A DNA stretch of 63,752 nt, the filler included, from Lenisia limosa (lineage: Eukaryota > Protista > Breviatea), in the NCBI GenBank assembly GCA_001655205.1. It is 11 parts of 11 records of this genome, joined end to end, with 100 filler letters (N's around TTAATTAATTAA, not from the genome) between each part and the next. Parts side by side here need not be neighbours in the genome. Positions count along the whole stretch, not along the records: positions 8,385 to 13,232 come from LPNZ01010772.1; positions 13,333 to 22,219 come from LPNZ01003884.1; positions 22,320 to 25,071 come from LPNZ01010846.1; 8 more parts are not named here. One strand, given 5' to 3'. The notes below the pieces were generated by a model that searched no databases, was not told the DNA's origin, and saw nothing but the letters and a program-made list of their open reading frames with translations. Shown here in pieces: positions 11,301 through 22,344 of this stretch. The position numbers and the translations under genes were made by a program. Position 1 is the first letter of the stretch. Each line of letters begins with the position of its first letter.

Positions 11301-13038
11301 AAGAGCAAGGAAATAGCTAGTACAGCAAAATTATACAGCTTCTGGTGGAACCCCCTATCGAAATTGTTTTAATCAGGTACAGCCTGCTATGAAAGCAGCC
11401 AACGTCTTCACTGTCATTGAAGCCATGAGTCCCGTGGTCCCTTCACTGAGTTGGGGGGGGGGGTGAAGAAGAGAATTTTTTGATTCATTATCCAAAGAGG
11501 AAGATAAGCCCCCCCCCCCCCNNNNNNNNNNNNNNNNNNNNNNNNNNNNNNNNNNNNNNNNNNNNNNNNNNNNNNNNNNNNNNNNNNNNNNNNNNNNNNN
11601 NNNNNNNNNNNNNNNNNNNNNNNNNNNNNNNNNNACCTGAAAAAAGTTCAAATAACCTTTTAATGAAACAACAATGACTATCACCAGGGCTCGAACCGGC
11701 GCTTTTCATCGACATTGTCCGGGCAGCCCCATTGGAGGCCCATCCGCGCCTTGTCAATGCTACGCCCGTGGCCTCTACTGTGAGGGTGAATAATATGTAC
11801 CTTGTATAATATACGATAAACAGTGACCGGGATAAGTCTGGACCCTCCCCCATATACTCACTTCTTACTGGCATTTGATCACACATAGCCCATCGTCACC
11901 TATTTAGCCCACAGCATTGGGCGGAGTGGCTCGAATCGCGTCAGAAAAGGCCCTCCCCGTCCCGACCAAGGAAAATGAGACGACGGTGGTNNNNNNNNNN
12001 TGGAGGTATGTGCAAGTATAACTAGAGAAAAAGAAAAGACTCTTACCCCCTCCCCAGAAAAGACCTCTTCCCCTCCGAACGCGAGGATTTGCCAAAACCG
12101 GCCTTACTGGTACCGGGGGGGGGGGGTAATNNNNNNNNNNNNNNNNNNNNNNNNNNNNNNNNNNNNNNNNNNNNNNNNNNNNNNNNNNNNNNNNNNNNNN
12201 NNNNNNNNNNNNNNNNNNNNNNNNNNNNNNNNNNNNNNNNNNNNNNNNNNNNNNNNNNNNNNNTTATCGGAATTATTTGTCTTTCCTAAATTTGAGTGTA
12301 TTTTCCTATCGTCAAACAACCCTGACGCAATAGGGAGAAAGCCCCTACACAAGGTCCCTGCTACGCCTTCTTCAGGGACGCCAAAAGCGGATAAGACTAA
12401 ATCCAGTATGCGTTGTTCCTCCCTCCATCACCTTCGTCTTCCTTCAAATATCCTCTCCTCCCTCTCGAGCCTTGTTGTTCTATTTTTTCACCCTTGTGTG
12501 TTTCCCAAATGTTAACTTCAGTTTTTATTGTGTGTTATTATAATTATTATTGTTGTTGTTATTGTTGTTGTTATTGTTGTTGTTATTGTTGTTGTTATTG
12601 TTGTTGTTGTTGTTATTGTTGTTGTTGTTGTTATTGTTGTTGTTGTTGTTGTTGTTGTTGTTATGCTTAATTANNNNNNNNNNNNNNNNNNNNNNNNNNN
12701 NNNNNNNNNNNNNNNNNNNNNNNNNNNNNNNNNNNNNNNNNNNNNNNNNNNNNNNNNNNNNNNNNNNNNNNNNNNNNNNNNNNNNNNNNNNNNCTGCTGC
12801 CGACTTAATATCATTGAAAGTCGAAGACTCAGCCTTGCAAACTCCGATTGTGGGAGAGGGGGTCTGAAACAATTTGGTAGAGATTTCTGTACTACGTATC
12901 ATATGATATATCAAATGTATGTTAACATATCATANNNNNNNNNNNNNNNNNNNNNNNNNNNNNNNCCGAATGCCTTCACAACAGGGCGGCAGGAAAGCCC
13001 TTGCTGCCGTGTCTTTTGCCACGTTGACGCCCTTGGTT
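8385..13038 (+). CDS. Hypothetical multi-exon protein(s); an exon at 8198-8284 may also belong
   Basis: Chain of GT-AG exons with coding-like content (AVRAAANYEITTKTFADIVTQLAKP, WDELQTIIESGENRRAQLLSSIFQRFSQ, GLEPALFIDIVRAAPLEAHPRLVNATP). No family recognised. Confidence 0.45.
9481..9585 (+). repeat. Intronic 11-mer minisatellite (GAAAGGAAAAT)n
   Basis: About 9 tandem units read directly. Confidence 0.9.
10735..10814 (+). repeat. Intron 3'-module repeat (family A) ending at the AG acceptor
   Basis: ccctcgtgtgttctagccaacagagttgatttgggc...cattttccaattttacccccccccctag|exon. Confidence 0.85.
12531..12663 (+). repeat. (TTG/TTA)n microsatellite
   Basis: Direct trinucleotide array ending next to an N gap. 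Confidence 0.95.
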
Positions 13039-13569
13039 AGTGATGGCTTTTTTGTTTTGTTTGTTTTGTGTAAATATCAATTACCAGTACATGAAAGGTT
13101 TATTGGATAATATATATTGATATGAGATGGTCCTCCAGCTGCTTGAACAGATTTTTTTTATGAAAATACTTTCTAAAGCCTTATGGTATGTTATATTAGT
13201 GGCAGGAGAGCCCTTCTGTGGTGTCTTGTGCCNNNNNNNNNNNNNNNNNNNNNNNNNNNNNNNNNNNNNNNNNNNNTTAATTAATTAANNNNNNNNNNNN
13301 NNNNNNNNNNNNNNNNNNNNNNNNNNNNNNNNCCCCCCCGCTTACTTGACATGTGAACGGTTTGGATCATGGAAGGGGAAGATGGGGCTCTAAGAGATTA
13401 AAATAATAAAAGGTAGGCACTTTGCTTCCGGCCATATTTGTAAAATATTAGTGAGAATGAAATAAACGAAAAGTAATAATATGATATACTTGTCCCTAAT
13501 TGAATCTATCCGCTCTCAACCACAATAACAACCTGAAAAGGCACACTAATATCGTACAACAAGGACAAA

Positions 13570-16500
13570 CCTCTCAGGTCTCGAAGGCTGGGAGAGAAGC
13601 TTGACAGGTTTCATGACATGAGCCGACATAGGGCGCGGCCGGCTATGTGGAACCTAAACTGATGAGAAACAGAACCATCCCTCGTTACCCTAAGTTCTTT
13701 GAGATTTCTTACACCGCTCTTTTCCTTCCCCCCCCCCCCNNNNNNNNNNNNNNNNNNNNNNNNNNNNNNNNNNNNNNNNNNNNNNNNNNNNNNNNNNNNN
13801 NNNNNNNNNNNNNNNNNNNNNNNNNNNNNNNNNNNNNAGGCACCATAGCCGGTGCAATATGGGGGCTCTGAATGGCACTGGTTTGGGGCGAGGCCTGAGG
13901 GAATTACAACAAAAGCCTACATGTGAGTTTTATCTCTGTCCGCACTTATTCATTACCACAACGAGAATAGTACTGAGTATGCGTCTTAAGTAATAAAGCT
14001 ATCCAATAACGTGGAAATGAGAAATAAGAATGTATCTAGCCGAACATCACGATATGGTCTGGTATGGATTATAATAACAATAGTTCACCCAATCATTTGC
14101 CCACATTACAGTATGCGGTTATGGAATACTGTGACCAGTTCCACTGCTATTTCCTCCCCTTGTCTCTCATTATCATCAACTACCCGCTCACATAGGGCCA
14201 ATTGTACGGTGGTGGANNNNNNNNNNNNNNNNNNNNNNNNNNNNNNNNNNNNNNNNNNNNNNNNNNNNNNNNNNNNNNNNNNNNNNNNNNNNNNNNNNNN
14301 NNNNNNNNNNNNNNNNNNNNNNNNNNNNNNNNNNNNNNNNNNNNNNNNNNNNNNNNNNNNNNNNNNNNATGAAGCAAAATGTATTAAAATGTACCCCCGT
14401 TTGTTGCTACTCAGAAAATAAAAACACCAAGGAAACCCACCCGTACCAGAAACAGAATTTTGAGGTGATTGGGAAGTATGGCTTGCCCGACTCGTATTTT
14501 GAGGAGACTACCAAGTAAGTGGAATAACAGATCACTGAGCAGATCAACAAAATATGTGTGGTTCTCTTGCCGAATCAATGACATCAAGTATAGGAACTTT
14601 AAAGATAGCACCAAACAGAACTGTTTCCTAGAAAAACGGACCTGTTGTGGTGTGGACGTGGCGCTGGTTTGAACTGGCCAAGGCCACCATTGTGGCGGCG
14701 GCGGGTATCCTGGATGGATAAGAATAGGTCCAACTCCTACGAACAAGATATCATAATAGTATACAGTGACTGGCCCCACCAATGAAGAGAGAAATCGAAA
14801 TCAGTATATTTTTTCAGTCTTTTTCAGACTATGATATCTCCTATCATACTGTCTCATACCATATCTATCTATGAAAGGGATGTAACCTACCAGGAGGAAC
14901 TGCCATTGGGTAGGGTGCTGGGGATCCACCAGGGGAGGTCTAAACAGTCAATCAAGATAATCAACTGAATTTGCAACACCAAAAACAGCGCCGCATTTAT
15001 GCTGCTGAGTTGCATTAATTTCCTCAAATCTGCAGCGATAATAGCTGTGTTGAACCTAGGCTTCACTTTAGTTTGAAAAAAAAAAAAAAAAACCCGGTAA
15101 AATATCGATAGTTTTCCAAGATTTATCGAGAAATTCAGTCTTTTTTTAAAACCGAAGTGAAGCCACAGTTGAACCCAACCAACATGGGGGTAGTGTGCAG
15201 GAGGTGGGGTGCCTTGGTAACCCGGAGGTATTGAACTAGAGAGTAAGAGTAAAACCATTTTACCACAAAGATGTATTGAAAAAGATGAAGAACAGAACAA
15301 TCCTCTCTCTACACAGAAGGAACGGGGAATATTCCAAAAAATCCCCATTAAAGGACGCTCAGACTGTGAAAAAGAGACCTCCTCCAACACTTGTACATAT
15401 TATATGAGACCATATACCCCACCCCCCCGCTCCAATACTGGCACAGGGAGCCCCCTTCCCAAGCCTACGCCGAAGGGTCTTGGCCCGGCGGCGGTGTCCC
15501 ATACCAGGGGGGCGGAGGGTACGGGTATGGTGGGTAGTAGGGATAAGGCGCATTCTGCAAAGTCAATAGGCCTATTGCCATTTTCTGCTGTCAGTATTTA
15601 AAAGGTATTACCAGATACAGGCTTATTTTGTATTTCTCATTGTTGTAAAAAAGATATTCTCAAAGAAAAGAAAACACAAAGATTTGAAGCGAAAAGGAAA
15701 ACAACAATATTTGGAAAAGAGCACTAGCAGGGGAGGGGGGGGGGGGAGGGGNNNNNNNNNNNNNNNNNNNNNNNNNNNNNNNNNNNNNNNNNNNNNNNNN
15801 NNNNNNNNNNNNNNNNNNNNNNNNNNNNNNNNNNNNNNNNNNNNNNNNNNNNNNNNNNNNNNNNNNNNNGGGTAATATCAGAAGTGATGGTATCAAAAGT
15901 ATCAGCAGACTCTCCTGGACAAAGAGGGTGGGTTTCGTGGGGAGGCTAGGAAATGAAAACAAAAGATCTAGTGATCTAAAAATCATTCAAGTAAATGGGT
16001 GAAACAGAAACATTCAAATGTTGAGAGATACTTGGCTAAAAGATCACAGCCGATCTAACATCAATGTGATCACTTGAACACAAGCATACTGGAGGGCTAA
16101 TGACCTGAGTTGGCGAGTCATCCCAGGCTTGGTTATCTGGTAAATAAGTAAGAAAAATTATTAGAGTTAAATATACTAATTTATATCATATGTATATTTC
16201 CATGATAAGAAGTCAGGGCTTCACTTGGGTTCCAAAAAACCTGGGAACAAATCGATAGTTTTCGAGGATTTATCGAGAAATTCAGTCTTTTTTCTAACCA
16301 AAGTGAAGCCCTATAAGGTACATTTCGAAGTATTTCTTCAAAGAAGCATGAGAAATAAGTTGATTTGATAGCTGACTTGTGGTTAGTGTTAAAAACCAAA
16401 ACCCACGGGATGCATCAGGACTATCACTCAAAGTCAACTCTGACATAAGCATTTCGGGGCTTTGTTCCTTGTCGGCCCTGGTCTGTTGATGTGGGGATGC

Positions 16501-19500
16501 GGTGTTAGCTTGGCGCTGGGTATGTTTTAATGGCGTTCTTGGTTCAGATTCAGGGGGATCAATGACGACAGCAGGGGGGGATGGTGAGCTGCGGGGTTCT
16601 TCTTGTTTTGTTCGTTGTGCTTCTCTTCTCTCTCGATCTTTTCTTTCTCTTCTCTCCTGCTCCTTCCTCCTTCTTCGTCTTTCTTCTTCAATAACCCCCG
16701 ATTCTTTCTCTTCTCGATCATCTTTTCTTCTACTCCTTTCATCTTTTCTATCTTCTGTTTCTTCTTTACCTTCTCTTGTATATTCCCTTTCCTTCTTTTC
16801 ATCTCGTCTTTTTCTTTCTTCTTCCTCATGTCGCTCTTTCCTTCTTCCACGTTCACTTCTATCTCTTCTTTCATCCTTCTCTTTCCTTTCTGCTCCATTA
16901 CTACTTACGTCTCTTTCTCTTCCATGTGACTTTGACTTCCTTCTTGAATCTCTCTGCCTATCATCTTCTCTCTCCCCAACATCCTTCTTCTCCCTCTCCA
17001 AATCGTGAGTTTTCCGCACCGTTCGCTTAGCACTCCTGCTCTTCTCACTCCTAACTTCATCTCTATCGTCATGCTTTACTCTTCTCCTTCTCTCGTCTCT
17101 TTCGGAACCTTCGGTTGGCGGTTCATACGAACTTCGAGAAAGTGGCCGTTCCGGGACTGGTGACACACTTGCCAGCCGCGGGCTGATGCTTGGTGACCGC
17201 GAGTATCTATATCGATAAGTGTACCCGTGTACTCTTTCCAATACTCATGATTATTCCTTTCATAATATCATACAACGCATAATAAATCCAATATGATAAG
17301 TATGAATTAATAATACACTCGTACTATAGTAAATTCCAATCTTATTAGCGTGATGTTGTGAACGGTTTCGGTCTGAAACTTCCAATTTTTATTTCTTATT
17401 TCAACATATTCACGAAAAGCAGCTTCACACGAACCTGAGAACCGACTTCACCGGAAGAGACGCCGCATCTGAGTAATCCGACATATTTGAAGAGGACCGC
17501 TAAACAGTCAAATCATCCTGTTCCGCACACATGCCCCAACATAACACGCATTATCACAATCCTCACCTGAAGTTTAGCCCGCGGTTTGTCAGAAAGAAGG
17601 GACTCGGCTGTGTTCGACCTGGAAGCCCTGGGGCGCGACCGGAACGATTGTGAGCCGTCTTCTGGGGATGGTTCCCGGCTACAGGTGTACATGAGAGGAG
17701 ATTCTCGTTGAAATCATACAAAATCTCTAAAAATGTGCACTTGTTACATAGTATTGCTCAAAAAAATGAAGTATAGGCATGAGGGAAAACTCTGTCTCTT
17801 AGGACCATAGGGAACCTTTGTACAATCTCTGTCCGCGACCCCTCTAACCTTTGTCGAGACCTTCTTTGAGGACTCCGCCCACGGCCTACAGGAGTCTTCT
17901 AAAAACGTTGGAACAAGAGCTTCGCTAAGGTGCGGAAAATATCAGTAAAATATCGATATTTATCCAGGATTTATCGAGAATTGCAGATATTTTTGGATCG
18001 GAGTGAAGCCCTCGTGGAAACAAACAGACAACCGATTATGAACGCAAAACAATACCCACCCCAAGCCCAAGCCCAATTTGATTTACATTAGTTGTACAAA
18101 TTCATAACAAATCTCAAAACACAGCTCACTCCTTCTTTGGGAGAGCTGTCCTCGTCAGAAAGAGACTCCGAACCACATGAAGTGGCATTGTCATTGATGT
18201 CAGGGGATGGGCGTTGTGAGGACTCGAGTTCGCTCAGATCATCATGATCACCATACTCCTAAAGCATTAATTGAGCTGACGCGCGTTGAAGCTTTTATTC
18301 ACCTTTTGCCACTTGCGCATGTGGTCGCGTTTCTGAGCGTCGAGCCTTTGCATTGCATTGTCTCGGTGGCTGATGTATATTAAGTGGACCAGTATAATGA
18401 TATAACAGAAAAAACGTAACCAAGATTTCAATTTTCATTTAATCAATTCCCACCCACCTCGAATCTGGCGACTCGGGTTCCTCACCCTCTTCTTGGATTT
18501 CTGGATCTTTAAAAACCAAATCAAAAGCAAAAAGTCCACATCAAGCAATTATCATTTTACAAATAAATGTCTCCCAACGACAATTGGTCTCACAGAATCC
18601 TGACAATGGAAAACTAACCTGACATGGCATGCTGCATACGCCCCTTTGAAGAAACTGAAACAGTAAACAGTCAATAAGACAGAATGAGAAAGGAAAAGCA
18701 CATTACTTATCAAGGCACGCAATAACGATGGTTATGCCTACAAGATTGGAAGGACAGGTTTTGGGCTAGTGGCTGAGGTTGCGGCTGGGGCTGGTGGAGG
18801 ATGTTGGGGGACTCCGGAGGGGACCCTTCACTTGGTGGCGCTCCACTATACACGTCATTTTTCGGCGGTTAGAAAATGCTTTTGACTTCATTTATTATTC
18901 CTCACTTCAAGATATCACCACCAACCCGCTTCGCCGCAATTCGCGCTCACGCTCCTTTCGCTCCTTCTTCTGTTGCCGTCGGACCATGTCATCACGTCGG
19001 CGCTGCAGCTCCTGCTCCGCGGCCAGGAAGGTGTTGACCTCGTACTTGAGCTTACGCCGCCTTTCTCGGTCCACTTGGCTGCCATGTTAAAGACAAGAAG
19101 GGGGTGTTTAATGTTTTCAAGAAAGAAAAATGCACACGTAAGGAGTGGGGGGTTACGATGCTCAGCTGAGAAAGCGATGAGGTGGCATTGTTGAACACTC
19201 CTACGGCCCATTTCGATAACGCCCAACTTACTCTTTCCTATCTTGAACAGTCAGCTCTTTGGTTTCTTCACGGAGCTGTTGGCGGTTTTCAAATGAGTCC
19301 TTGCGTTTGCTCAGAATGTTCCTTCTGATCTTTTCACTATCTTTTTGTCGGAGGGTTTCTGCAGCAGATTGGACTGATTTCTGCTTGCGCTTCGCCTAAA
19401 ATCGTGTAAGTTATGATCAAGAACAGAAGCAAAGAACGAAGGCAACAGAAGAAAGCGGAGAAGACACATTCCTGCAGAATTATCTCCGCTGGTGGTCCCT

Positions 19501-20210
19501 TCTCAGGCTGCCTCACCTTAATATGGGTCTGTGTATGCGACATAACGTTTTGAATCCGAGCTTCTCGGGCTTGCGATGATGCCTCCTTCGACTGCCTCAT
19601 GTTGTTCACTTGATCTTGCCAGTTCTGAAGCACAACCTTCTGCTTGGCACTCTTCAATGAGTCTCGCATAAATTCAAGCTTTTTAAGCTCGCCTGAGCGT
19701 TTAGCCTCGCGGACAGCCTCTGAATGATCTGTTGCTGCCGTGGCTGCTGACGCGGACCTTGAAGACTCAAGTGATTCGGGGGGTGATGCAGACAACGGCG
19801 GTGAAGCTTTCTTTGGCGGTGGTGGCATTCTTTGCCGTCGAATTGGTCCTGTACCCAAGGAATACTCGCTCTAAAACATTATTAAAGCCATCAAGGTGAA
19901 GGACATTGAAGATTATAAAGACATTGTAAACACCATAACCCACCTGGGGAGGCGAGGATGACGCTCTCGATACCATCGATTGTCTTCTTTGACTCAAACC
20001 AAACTTTAGTCCGGCTGGGGCTGACTGGCCAGCTAGGTTGTAAGAATATGGTACCACATCAAAAAGAAAAAGTACTAGTATGTGTCAGCTTCAAAGAAAT
20101 ACAACACCTCCATCCAGCCAACCAGGCATGATATCTTGACCACTCGGGCCCTTGAGTGAAGGGCCCACTTCATCTTTTTTCCTCATTCTGTTGTCTAATG
20201 GGGCGGTCAT
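13570..20210 (-). CDS. Large hypothetical low-complexity protein (coiled coil, Ser/Arg-rich, charged and Pro/Tyr-rich segments)
   Basis: Likely ATG at 20210 (MTAPLDNRMRKK). Exon chain runs through 19858-19470, ~19075-18925, a ~0.8-kb R/E/K-rich exon (~17240-16430) and Pro-rich exons (NAPYPYYPPYPYPPPP) down to at least 13570. Confidence 0.55.
15057..15167. mobile_element. hAT-type MITE (family B) with a perfect 8-bp TSD
   Basis: taggcttcactttagt...accgaagtgaagccaca. TSD gttgaacc at 15049-15056 and 15168-15175. Confidence 0.85.
16214..16313. mobile_element. hAT-type MITE (family B)
   Basis: cagggcttcacttgggt...accaaagtgaagcccta with the shared internal core; TSD only partly kept. Confidence 0.8.
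17341..17380 (+). repeat. Dispersed repeat family C (antisense to host gene)
   Basis: cttattagcgtgatgttgtgaacggtttcggtctgaaac. Confidence 0.7.
17915..18013. mobile_element. hAT-type MITE (family B), diverged
   Basis: aagagcttcgct...ggagtgaagccctc; flanks gttggaac / gtggaaac match at 6 of 8. Confidence 0.7.
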
Positions 20211-20521
20211 AGTTGACCATTCGTGTCAAACATTACCCAAAACAAGGAATAACCACCATTCACTACCCACGTCGCAGTTATATCAATAATTTCCTGATTC
20301 GCCCCTAATCAACTCAGATTGATTTAACCTCCCAAATTTAACCTCCAAATTGCAAAACAGGTGGCAAAAACCAAATACTGTTTAGGCGAGACAAGATTGC
20401 CTGCCGCCGCCGAGGTTCCAAAGCCCGAATTTTTTTTTTTTTAACTTTTTTTCAAGCGAATTGCCCATAAACACTTTGAAATTTGTAAATTAACTGTAGA
20501 AGTTGCTAGAAAACATCGCAA

Positions 20522-21980
20522 ATGTCAACTAGCTCTCCTCCTCCAAGGCTAGGAAGACGAGCTCCTCCCCCTCGCCGGTCTCAGAGAACTACTGAGCAGG
20601 TGGAAGAGGAACTTTCGGAACTGAAACGGCGGTATTCCCTCTTAGGTTGGTATTTGGGTGTTATTCCGGTATTTTTAACTCCAAAAACAGAGGGTGATCG
20701 CAAGGCTTACTATGAAACATCACAATGGACGATTAGAGCAAACAAAGAAACAGTTGAGAGTCTTCGTCGTGAAAACAGGGCCATAAGACAATCCATTCAA
20801 GAGGTGAATAAGGTAATTTGGGGTTCCTAAGTTCATGTATCTGCTAAAAAGTTTCGAAATGGGAAAACCTCTCGCGAAACAACTCTTCCTTACTCATGTA
20901 GCAATCCCGAGTTGCTTCAAATTCTCAAGATGGGGAGAAGGAGATTGCCAAGCTTGAGAGACAAACATTGAGGCTGCGGAAGCAATATGATCAATCTAGA
21001 GCCGGTTTGGGGGTTGTATGAGGATAAACAAGGAAAAGCCCCCCTCCCCTTTTTTGAAACCACACCTTTATGTTGTTTTATTTGTGAGGGTATTATGGTA
21101 TTGGGAACACTCTACCTCAAACTCTGCTGAACTATGACTTTAAATGAACTTAAAGTGCATTTAAATATCTTAACAATTCAGATGTCCGAAAGTGCGACAA
21201 GGAGGTTGCTGACCTACACGATAAACTGTCTTCAATGGAGACGGAATCCGCTGGAGTTAGTCAAGAGAAGGCCAAGGTTAGTGTCGCGGTTGATGGCGTC
21301 ATGTGTATACACTTGAGGCAAAAGGGAGGCATTATCTGGAATGTCTTATTGTTTCTAAGAAGGGATAGAGTACGTTTTTCCCTTATTGCAATAAATCTTT
21401 TTTGTAAGAGGGCTTCACTTCTGTCTCGGATAAATCCTCACAATATGTATAGTAGTATATGATATTATATACAATATTGATATAACATGGGACCGAAGTG
21501 AAGCCTAAGCTAATTTTTTATTGTGAACCACACATCAGAGGCCCTCGCCTTGCAATTTTAGAGATCTTAACGATCTGTAGAAGATTAGGACCCTTGAAAA
21601 TCAGCTCGACCGCGCCACTATTCGCATTAATGAGGCCACGTCCATCCAGAAGGCCTATAAGGAAATCAGACAGAGACTGGAAGTGGGGCGGGGATATCGA
21701 TATTCTTTTTCTGGGCTGTTTTTTCATCACTGTGTGTTTCTCAATGCTGGTCATCATGATTTTGGGTTTTTTTTTTTTTTGTTTTTNNNNNNNNNNNNNN
21801 NNNNNNNNNNNNNNNNNNNNNNNNNNNNNNNNNNNNNNNNNNNNNNNNNNNNNNNNNNNNNNNNNNNNNNNNNNNNNNNNNNNNNNNNNNTCCGATTTTA
21901 CTCCCCCCCTTTCAGGAGGAGCGGTTAACTTTCGACAGTCAATTGGCAAACTCGGAGAAGTTTGTGACCCAAAAAAAGAA
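20522..21980 (+). CDS. ODAD3: Outer dynein arm docking complex subunit, CCDC151/ODAD3 (DC1) family, 5' part
   Basis: Spliced: LKRRYSLL|EGDRKAYYETSQWTIRANKE...KIRTLENQLDRATIRINEATSIQKAYKEIRQRLE|EERLTFDSQLA, the DC1/CCDC151 coiled-coil signature. Confidence 0.75.
21408..21508. mobile_element. hAT-type MITE (family B ends, AT-rich interior)
   Basis: gagggcttcacttctgt...accgaagtgaagcctaa, in an ODAD3 intron. Confidence 0.7.
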
Positions 21981-22344
21981 GTAAGCGCGGCTTGGGTAGT
22001 GGGTGTTTGAAAAAGTGCAGATGTATTTGATCTGGGGCATACATATACATGTGATATAATACACTACAGAGGAGTGAACAAAGCTGACAAGAAATATTGT
22101 ATCCAATCTTATTTGGCGTGTTCGTTTTGCTTTTGTAATCTTATGAAGAGTGAGAAGTGATTCGATATGGAATACAATATCCCCAAAGATATATATGTAT
22201 ATCATATGATATGTACATANNNNNNNNNNNNNNNNNNNNNNNNNNNNNNNNNNNNNNNNNNNNTTAATTAATTAANNNNNNNNNNNNNNNNNNNNNNNNN
22301 NNNNNNNNNNNNNNNNNNNAACGCAACATACATAACTTGCTTAG

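Noticed and set aside
12413-13040. Poly-C/V/L/N ORFs
   Set aside because: Translations of the (TTG)n microsatellite and N gaps.
16502-17030. Plus-strand Ser/Leu/Phe-rich ORFs
   Set aside because: Antisense shadows of the minus-strand charged exon.
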